Positions 36,038-41,966 of a stretch of 41,966 bases of DNA are shown one piece after another. Origin of the DNA: a virus (taxonomy: Duplodnaviria; Caudoviricetes); IMG/VR virus record IMGVR_UViG_3300037461_000435, positions 1 through 41,966 of that record. One strand, 5' to 3'. The notes below the pieces were generated by a model. That model was given only the letters and a program-made list of their open reading frames with translations. It did no database searches and had not been told where the DNA came from. The position numbers and the translations under genes are program-made. Each line of letters begins with the position of its first letter. Position 1 is the stretch's first letter.

Positions 36038-36211
36038 GATGGCTGGCGGGATGTCAGAAAAGAATTGCCGGATAAAAACGGGGATTATTTGGTATTTATC
36101 GATGACGGAGATCAAGCGGTGGTGCGTTATGAAGATACGTGGTGGCGTGTAATATGGCATCATCATATATTGTTTTGGCGACCACTTCCAGATCCGCCAA
36201 CTTTCGCTTAA
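35879..36211 (+). CDS. Zinc-finger plus DUF551-like fusion protein
   Basis: CKTC...CFDC followed by WRDVRKELP...WRPLPDPP; the stop lies in the GCTTAAC box. Confidence 0.75.
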   Translation: MSIKDAIVKRGYAEGEYFHKCKTCGKEFVADKRAWNCFDCACKKADGDYAVLGDGWRDVRKELPDKNGDYLVFIDDGDQAVVRYEDTWWRVIWHHHILFWRPLPDPPTFA

Positions 36212-36263
36212 CAGAGACGGCGTAAACGCATGTACTTGTATTGCGTTTTACGCCGTGTTATAT
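36206..36263 (+). other. 58-bp attC-like recombination site
   Basis: GCTTAAC-AGAGA-CGGCGTAAACGCA-loop-TGCGTTTTACGCCG-T-GTTATAT, with one extrahelical base. Confidence 0.7.
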
Positions 36264-36338
36264 GCTGTTCGCGCATGAATACAATAAGGCGGCGTAGTAC
36301 ACGGATGTACGAAGCCGAATGAAACAGGAGAGGATTAC

Positions 36339-37058
36339 TTGAATGAGTTGGCTTTATTCGCGGGCGCTGGTGGAGGAATACTTGGCGGGAAACTCCTCGG
36401 ATGGAGAACGGTTTGCGCCGTGGAGATTGACGCCTATGCCGCGAGCGTTCTTGTCCAGCGACAGAATGACGGTATTCTCGCGCCTTTCCCGATTTGGGAT
36501 GACGTTTGCACCTTTGACGGAAAGCCGTGGCGCGGAATTGTTGACGTCGTTTCTGGTGGGTTTCCGTGTCAGGACATCAGCGTATCTGGACTTGGTGCTG
36601 GACTCTACGGCGAAAGAAGCGGATTGTGGAACGAAATGCGGAGAATTATTGGCGAGGTACGACCGAGATACATCCTCATTGAAAACAGTCCAGCTTTGCT
36701 TGTTCGGGGGGGGGTGCGAGTTATTGCAGACATTGCCGAGATGGGGTATTCTGCGGAATGGGGAATTATCGGAGCGAAAAGTTGCGGTGGACCGGTGGAA
36801 CGAGAGCGGATTTGGATTACCTGCGCCGACGAAAAGCATGGGGAAAAGAGGATGGGGAATAGCGAAAAAGGCGCGGTACTCAAAAGAGTTAGAGGACAAT
36901 GCCCGGATTTTTGGGTACAAGCCCCATCCGTCGATTTTGGAGTGGAGCATGGGATGGATTCCTACATGGACCAGGTTGCAGCCATTGGAAACGGACAAGT
37001 TCCAGCAGTGGTTAAACTCGCATGGGAAATACTCGCCGCCACGGACGGCGGCGCATAA
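36339..37058 (+). CDS. C5 cytosine DNA methyltransferase, alpha-type polypeptide
   Basis: Motif I LFAGAGG, IV GGFPCQD, VI ENSP, VIII RERIW, X GNGQVP; no clear motif IX. Confidence 0.92.
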   Translation: MNELALFAGAGGGILGGKLLGWRTVCAVEIDAYAASVLVQRQNDGILAPFPIWDDVCTFDGKPWRGIVDVVSGGFPCQDISVSGLGAGLYGERSGLWNEMRRIIGEVRPRYILIENSPALLVRGGVRVIADIAEMGYSAEWGIIGAKSCGGPVERERIWITCADEKHGEKRMGNSEKGAVLKRVRGQCPDFWVQAPSVDFGVEHGMDSYMDQVAAIGNGQVPAVVKLAWEILAATDGGA

Positions 37059-37077
37059 GGGCGCGAATTGCATATAA
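36343..37077 (+). CDS. Overlapping +1-frame ORF, putative methyltransferase beta subunit carrying motif IX
   Basis: 244-codon open frame containing PSILEWSMGWIPTWT; the stop lies in the ATATAAC box. Confidence 0.65.
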   Translation: MSWLYSRALVEEYLAGNSSDGERFAPWRLTPMPRAFLSSDRMTVFSRLSRFGMTFAPLTESRGAELLTSFLVGFRVRTSAYLDLVLDSTAKEADCGTKCGELLARYDRDTSSLKTVQLCLFGGGCELLQTLPRWGILRNGELSERKVAVDRWNESGFGLPAPTKSMGKRGWGIAKKARYSKELEDNARIFGYKPHPSILEWSMGWIPTWTRLQPLETDKFQQWLNSHGKYSPPRTAAHKGANCI

Positions 37078-37135
37078 CAAATAATGTGCGAACCATCGTT
37101 CGCAACAACAACAGGATAAAGAGGTAAGACGAACC

Positions 37136-37489
37136 ATGAGACTGCAAAGACTGGTGGTAATCGATAAAGGCCGCCATGCCATCATCAAGGGCAAGATGGC
37201 ATATGAGCCCTGCGTGTGGATAGGCGATGATCAGATGTTGTATTTGCGCCGGTATAACGGCACCTTTTATCGCACCACCGTCAAGGAGCTGGCCGGCATG
37301 ACCGCGGTGCCGGTTGGATATATGGCCCAGATGATGCTGAACGCTATTAAGCACAAGGATGAGCGGCGCGAGCAGCCGGCACAGGCGCCCCTTACGGGAT
37401 GGCGGCGATGGTGGGGATATGTATCGCGGATGGCGGTAAAGCTCTATGCTATAATGAGACATAAGGCGGCCGAACATGAGCATGCGTGA
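37136..37489 (+). CDS. Hypothetical protein
   Basis: GAGG RBS; tiles with the next ORF. Confidence 0.55.
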   Translation: MRLQRLVVIDKGRHAIIKGKMAYEPCVWIGDDQMLYLRRYNGTFYRTTVKELAGMTAVPVGYMAQMMLNAIKHKDERREQPAQAPLTGWRRWWGYVSRMAVKLYAIMRHKAAEHEHA

Positions 37490-37742
37490 CGCCTCGCATT
37501 TGAGGACCATCTGCGAGGTACTCAGGGAGATCAATGATCTGCATCAGGGCATATCACGCAAGGACATCCTGACACGCAAAAAGCTGGCCGTCTGCCAGAA
37601 GATGGCCAAGCGCATGAGCTTGAAACTGCTGGAATACAACAAAGAGGTGTTCCGGGACTGGTGGAAGAACAACAAAAACTATGAGAAGCAGCTGCGCAAG
37701 CGGCTGAAAACAACCTATTACGCGGAGGAGATCGATGATTGA
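37476..37742 (+). CDS. Basic hypothetical protein
   Basis: Overlaps both neighbours in operon fashion. Confidence 0.6.
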   Translation: MSMRDASHLRTICEVLREINDLHQGISRKDILTRKKLAVCQKMAKRMSLKLLEYNKEVFRDWWKNNKNYEKQLRKRLKTTYYAEEIDD

Positions 37743-38355
37743 TTTGGAAGAACATGCGCGGATGATCCCATCCATGGGCGGCTTTACCGTGCGGTCATAT
37801 TTGAGGGACGCGGCCGCGGCGGTGCGGCCAGGGCATGCCATTGTCGAGGTGGGGGCATGGCTGGGATCCGGGACCGCCCAGGTCTGCATGGGCGTGCGGC
37901 AATCCGGCCAGGCAACGCCCATCTGTTGCTTTGACCGGTGGACGGCCTCGGGGTCCGAGGTGGTGAAGGCGGCGGCCGCGGGCGTCAAGCTGCATGGCGG
38001 CGAGAACCTCCTGCCGCATATCCAGGACAACCTGGCGCCCTATGCGTGCAATATCACCTATTGGCGGGGCGACATCCGCAAGGCGACATGGGACGGCCGG
38101 CCCATCGGGTTGTATATCGATGACGCCGCCAAACGCGCGGACAAGTTCCTGCATGTCATGGCGACCTTTGGGCCCTCGTTTGTACCCGGCGTGACCGTGC
38201 TGATCCTGATGGATTATTATTATTTTGAGAGCCGGCCCAAGGACGCGGGCCTCCTGTACCAAAAGCACTACATGGAAGGCCATAAGGAATTTCAGTTTGT
38301 GCGGCGCCTGGATAACTCTGTGGCCGCGATGTTCAAATATAGGGGAACGAAATGA
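37735..38355 (+). CDS. Class I SAM-dependent methyltransferase (Methyltransf_24-like)
   Basis: IVEVGAWLGSGT, CFDRW, IGLYIDDA, LMDY. Confidence 0.8.
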   Translation: MIDLEEHARMIPSMGGFTVRSYLRDAAAAVRPGHAIVEVGAWLGSGTAQVCMGVRQSGQATPICCFDRWTASGSEVVKAAAAGVKLHGGENLLPHIQDNLAPYACNITYWRGDIRKATWDGRPIGLYIDDAAKRADKFLHVMATFGPSFVPGVTVLILMDYYYFESRPKDAGLLYQKHYMEGHKEFQFVRRLDNSVAAMFKYRGTK

Positions 38356-38519
38356 AACACAAAAAGGAAATAAAGAAAAAGATAAACGATATCAGCGAGG
38401 AAGGATTTTACTGGATGCAAACAAGATCTTTATTGTCGAGCAATAAAAAGCAAATGGAGCGATGCGATCTTATCATCCGCGTCTTGCAATGGGTTATCAA
38501 AGAGCGGGAGGAAATATAA
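38352..38519 (+). CDS. Hypothetical protein (55 aa, not in ORF track)
   Basis: ATGA coupling; MKHKKEIKKKIND...IRVLQWVIKEREEI. Confidence 0.5.
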   Translation: MKHKKEIKKKINDISEEGFYWMQTRSLLSSNKKQMERCDLIIRVLQWVIKEREEI

Positions 38520-38524
38520 TTCCA

Positions 38525-39451
38525 ATGAAAATAATCACCATGCAATTCGATTATGGCATGAATGTCGTGTATGACAACCTGCTCAAGGTCTTTGAGTATT
38601 CCGTGCGCAAGCACATGCCGGACGTGAAGTTCGTGGTCTACAAGGAGAAGGAGCCGCAGATCACGCACACCAAAAAGGCGTTCACCTCCAACAACTACAA
38701 GCTGGAAAAATGGCTCCAGGCGTTCGGCACGGAGGCCGATGACGATGAGATCATATTCATGGACTGCGACATGCTGGTGCTCCAGGACCTGGCCACGGCG
38801 TTCAAGGAAATGTTCGATATTGGATATACCCGGAGGACGGCGGCCAAGATGCCCTATAACGGCGGGGTGGTGTTCGCCAGAAACACGCCCGAGGCCAAAC
38901 TCTTTGTCCAGCTCTGGCAATATATCGATGGCATCATGTACCGCAATGAGACCTTTCATGTGCCGTATCGCAACAAATACGCGGGCATGAACCAGGCGGC
39001 GTTCGGGTTCATGAAAGAGTTTATCGATTTCAACCTCGCCAACAAGCCCGAGGTGTTCCGGAACCATGTGGTGCGGACATGCGGCGGCCCCGTCCAGCCG
39101 AGCCCGCGGCACCATAAGCAATTCGAGCATTTCAAGCAGATCGAAAAGACGCTGAAACATATGGACGGCCATCGGAACGAGCTGGTCAAGGTCAAGCTGC
39201 ATGAATTCCTCTGTGCGGAATACAATGCCTGCAAGGAGGACATGACCAGGATCGGGCCGCACACCAAGGTGATCCATATCAAGAGCGACGTGCGCCGGCA
39301 ATGCATCGAATACATGACGATGGTGAAACGGCTGGGCGGCAAGCCGGTGGTGAATGTCGAGCTGCTGGCAAAGTACAATATCAAGCGCACCCGTGCGCTG
39401 GAATTATGGAGCAAGTATTATCATGAAGCTCAAGAGAAGAAAACCCAATAG
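38525..39451 (+). CDS. GT-A fold glycosyltransferase
   Basis: DxD motif IIFMDCDML; YNGGVVF; NQAAF; late VIHIK. Confidence 0.82.
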   Translation: MKIITMQFDYGMNVVYDNLLKVFEYSVRKHMPDVKFVVYKEKEPQITHTKKAFTSNNYKLEKWLQAFGTEADDDEIIFMDCDMLVLQDLATAFKEMFDIGYTRRTAAKMPYNGGVVFARNTPEAKLFVQLWQYIDGIMYRNETFHVPYRNKYAGMNQAAFGFMKEFIDFNLANKPEVFRNHVVRTCGGPVQPSPRHHKQFEHFKQIEKTLKHMDGHRNELVKVKLHEFLCAEYNACKEDMTRIGPHTKVIHIKSDVRRQCIEYMTMVKRLGGKPVVNVELLAKYNIKRTRALELWSKYYHEAQEKKTQ

Positions 39452-40013
39452 CGCGCCGGTCAAGAAACGCTGGGACGCCATCATCGAGCGGCTGCCCAAG
39501 GACCGGCAACTCATCGGCGCCGAGATCGGCGTGTGGACCGGCAAGACCTCCAAGATGCTGCTCGCGGCGCTGCCGCGGCTGACGCTGATCATGGTGGACC
39601 GGTGGACCCCGCCGCCTCCCGGCGACAGCTATCATGTGGGCAGCACCATGATGGCCAAGGTGGATGCCAGGGGCTACCAGGACGCCTACCGGGAGGCCAT
39701 GTCCAAAATCCGGCCCTGGCGTGAACGCGCCAAGGTAATCAGCATGCTGTCGGTCGAGGCGGCCGCCAAAATCAAGGACGGGACGCTGGATTTTGTGTTC
39801 ATCGATGGCGATCACAGCTATGCGGGGGTGACCGCCGACCTGCAGGCCTGGGCGCCCAAGGTGAAACCCGGCGGCCTGTTGTGCGGCCATGACTGGGACA
39901 ACGACAACACTACCCAGGAGGTCCGGCGGGCGGTGACGGATTTCCTGGGCGATGCCATCCACAAGGTCGAGCTCTCCTACAACAACACATGGTTTTTCAG
40001 GGTGGGGAAATGA
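39423..40013 (+). CDS. Class I SAM-dependent methyltransferase (Methyltransf_24-like)
   Basis: AEIGVWTG, LDFVFIDGDHSY, VKPGGLLCGHDW. Confidence 0.9.
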   Translation: MKLKRRKPNSAPVKKRWDAIIERLPKDRQLIGAEIGVWTGKTSKMLLAALPRLTLIMVDRWTPPPPGDSYHVGSTMMAKVDARGYQDAYREAMSKIRPWRERAKVISMLSVEAAAKIKDGTLDFVFIDGDHSYAGVTADLQAWAPKVKPGGLLCGHDWDNDNTTQEVRRAVTDFLGDAIHKVELSYNNTWFFRVGK

Positions 40014-40297
40014 AAGCGCAGATACGATACATCGACGGCCGCGACACCCAGGCCACCCCGCCCCTGACCCTGCGACGGGTCAATGTGTGGGAGCTCCCCG
40101 GCCAGAAACACCGGGGCATGGAGGCCGTGGGGGTGCTCCATAATTCCGTCAGGTTTACCTTGCGCCATGGCAAGCGGGTGCGGGTACTCTATGTGGCCAT
40201 GGGCTGGTCCTATGTGCAGCGATGGGGCCGGCGGGGATGGATCAAGAATGCATTCCTGTCAAGGCAGCCGGAAGCACCGGCGGGGGATTGGATATGA
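40010..40297 (+). CDS. Bacterial SH3-like domain protein
   Basis: VNVWELPG...LRHGKRVRVL...GWSYVQ...GWIKNAFL. Confidence 0.6.
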   Translation: MKAQIRYIDGRDTQATPPLTLRRVNVWELPGQKHRGMEAVGVLHNSVRFTLRHGKRVRVLYVAMGWSYVQRWGRRGWIKNAFLSRQPEAPAGDWI

Positions 40298-40953
40298 GAT
40301 ACCAGATCAAGGTGGAAGGCGTCGAGGACATGCTGGCGGCATTGGATCCAAAAACACATGCCAGAATAGTGGCCAATACAGTAAATCAAGTTGGTCGGGA
40401 CACACGGCATTTTATAATTAATAATATTTTGGAAAGATATAATCTATCCAAACGCAAACTCTCGAAGCGTATATATTTCCGGTCGGTCGGACAAAAATAT
40501 TTTTATAAAGGCAGCAAAAGGCAATATACCTCCGCTTCGATCTTTATTCGCTCTAAAAAATTCAATGTAGCCGAATTCAATAAAACTAAAGAAACCGCTG
40601 AAGGTATAATATTCCAGGTCCGTAAAGGCCAGCGAGAAAGCTTTGATGGTGGTTTTATCGCAATACCGAAGGGAAAGGAATATGCCCGACGCGGCCAGGT
40701 GCGGCCCATTACAGGGACTCGGCCATTGGCGTTTTCACAAGGTAAACGCGTTAAAGGTAAAGCATATAAAATTTATGGTATTATGCCAAAACGTGAGGGG
40801 GGAGGAACCATTTTACCATCTGAGGCATTAAGCACTGCGGACATGTTCGACAAAGAGGCCACGGATAAATTTGTCAATCAGCGATTTATCCCCACATTGG
40901 GCCGCAAGATCATCGACCTCCTGAATAAACCCAAGCGGAAAAGGCGGAAATAG
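40294..40953 (+). CDS. Minor tail/tail completion protein (gpZ-like), displaced from the tail operon
   Basis: IKVEGVEDML...ANTVNQVG...ERYNLSKRKL...FQVRKGQRESFDGGFIA; highly basic. Confidence 0.6.
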   Translation: MRYQIKVEGVEDMLAALDPKTHARIVANTVNQVGRDTRHFIINNILERYNLSKRKLSKRIYFRSVGQKYFYKGSKRQYTSASIFIRSKKFNVAEFNKTKETAEGIIFQVRKGQRESFDGGFIAIPKGKEYARRGQVRPITGTRPLAFSQGKRVKGKAYKIYGIMPKREGGGTILPSEALSTADMFDKEATDKFVNQRFIPTLGRKIIDLLNKPKRKRRK

Positions 40954-41083
40954 TCATTTCGGATTGATGAAATCATGAGGAAGAACATGGGCGACCGATT
41001 GGTATACATAACGGGTATTAACAACCCTAATTAAAGTGACACGATCTGGCATCGTGCCAGTGAAATACTACCAGCAGAGGACG

Positions 41084-41966
41084 ATGAAACCGAAACCGCT
41101 GACGCTGCATCAAATGACCCGGCTGCAATTCAGGAACAGCCGGCTGCAGGAAACCAGCAAATTGTGCTATGGGTATGGCGTGCGCTCGTTCTTCGCCTTC
41201 CTCATCGAGAATGGATATGATGATGGGTTCGACGCCGAGCACATACGGGAATGGCTGGCCCTGTTCAACAACGCCTATACCTATAACCTGCGATTGCAGG
41301 GCATCAAGGAGTTCTACATGAAGCAGGTGGAGCATAAGCCCGCGGCCGTGCGCCTCAGGATGCGCGAGGCCTTTGAATCCATCAAGCGCATGCGGCCCTC
41401 CATGAGCAAGTATGAGGGGCTGAACTACCTGACCGATACGCAGATCAGCGCGATATGCGGGCAGGTGACCGAGCGCATCAGCTGTATTCTCATGGCGTTA
41501 TTCCAGACGGGCTGCCGCATCAGCGAGTTCGTGAACATCCGCCTGCGCGATTGCAAGGGCATGGCCAATGGGGTGGTCATGATCCGCGTGGTGGGGAAGG
41601 GGATGAGGGAGCGCCAGGTGTATCTTGCCATCGATGACTACAACCGTGCGCGCCGGGTGTTCAAGGGATCGGTGTATCTCTTCGAGACCACGCGGGGCAC
41701 ACGGATGTGCAGGCGCGTTATCAGCAAGGAGATCCGCCGGCAATGCAAGCGCATAGGATTCTATGTGCATGCCCATACCCTCAGGCACAGCAAGGCCATG
41801 TATCTCAAGGGCCTGGGCATGAGCCCCGACCAGATCGCCAAGGCGCTGGGCCATGCCAATGTGACCACCACCCTGGCGTTCTACCTGCACGGCACGCCCA
41901 CGCCTCAGGAGCAGGGGATCGGGTCAAGGTACTTCCAGAGACCCCACCAGAGTGAGGGTCCAAATC
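41084..41966 (+). CDS. Tyrosine recombinase (XerC/D-like); continues across the cos junction to TGA at 64-66 (312 aa)
   Basis: Manual translation gives TGCRISE, VVGKG, HTLRHS, LGHA and FYLH, a full R-K-H-R-H-Y set. Absent from the ORF track because it has no stop before the window end. Confidence 0.92.
   Translation, partial: MKPKPLTLHQMTRLQFRNSRLQETSKLCYGYGVRSFFAFLIENGYDDGFDAEHIREWLALFNNAYTYNLRLQGIKEFYMKQVEHKPAAVRLRMREAFESIKRMRPSMSKYEGLNYLTDTQISAICGQVTERISCILMALFQTGCRISEFVNIRLRDCKGMANGVVMIRVVGKGMRERQVYLAIDDYNRARRVFKGSVYLFETTRGTRMCRRVISKEIRRQCKRIGFYVHAHTLRHSKAMYLKGLGMSPDQIAKALGHANVTTTLAFYLHGTPTPQEQGIGSRYFQRPHQSEGPN
41927..41933 (+). other. cosQ-like element AGGTACT(TCC)
   Basis: Resembles lambda cosQ GGGTCCT(TTCC) and ends 23 nt before the terminal repeat, the spacing recalled for lambda. 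Confidence 0.55.
41957..41966. repeat. Terminal direct repeat GGTCCAAATC, right copy
   Basis: Identical to 1-10. Confidence 0.8.

Larger units (their letters stand above)
1..41966. mobile_element. Complete temperate siphophage genome with lambda-like cos packaging
   Basis: Full set of packaging, head, tail, lysis, integration, immunity and replication modules. 10-bp terminal repeat. One ORF reads in frame across the end-start junction. Confidence 0.93.

Noticed and set aside
37088-37105. Complete third attC site after the methyltransferase cassette
   Set aside because: The ATATAAC box and a short TGCGAAC/GTTCGCA hairpin are present, but no matching distal GTTRRRY box follows, so it is at most a truncated site.
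1-41966. Specific host assignment
   Set aside because: The sequence supports a diderm host (beta-barrel, lipoprotein), but there is no host DNA or diagnostic marker to name a taxon without a search.

Overview
The window appears to be one complete temperate siphophage genome of about 42 kb, opened at its cos site. The first and last 10 bases are identical (GGTCCAAATC), a lambda cosQ-like heptamer lies 23 nt upstream of the right-hand copy, and a tyrosine recombinase ORF missing from the ORF track reads in frame across the junction into an ATGA overlap with terS. The gene order is: lambda-type packaging and head genes, non-contractile tail genes with a G/GT -1 frameshift and a 2228-aa tail-tip protein, an unusual lysis block, an outer-membrane beta-barrel moron, a large serine integrase with a probable attP inside its own 3' end, an immunity switch, an early/replication region, and a methyltransferase/glycosyltransferase block. 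The most striking element is an RNA-guided TIGR-Tas-type locus at 29163-30968. Two arrays with CCA every 18 nt and 36-nt dual-repeat units flank a ParB-like gene coupled to a nuclease-less Nop/IS110-like protein (TasA-type), and a tRNA-like fold lies downstream. A second unusual element is a small integron-like cassette array (attC-like sites, 35827-37079) that fuses protein domains and carries a two-frame, M.EcoHK31I-like C5 methyltransferase. All calls come from reading motifs by eye; no database searches were run.
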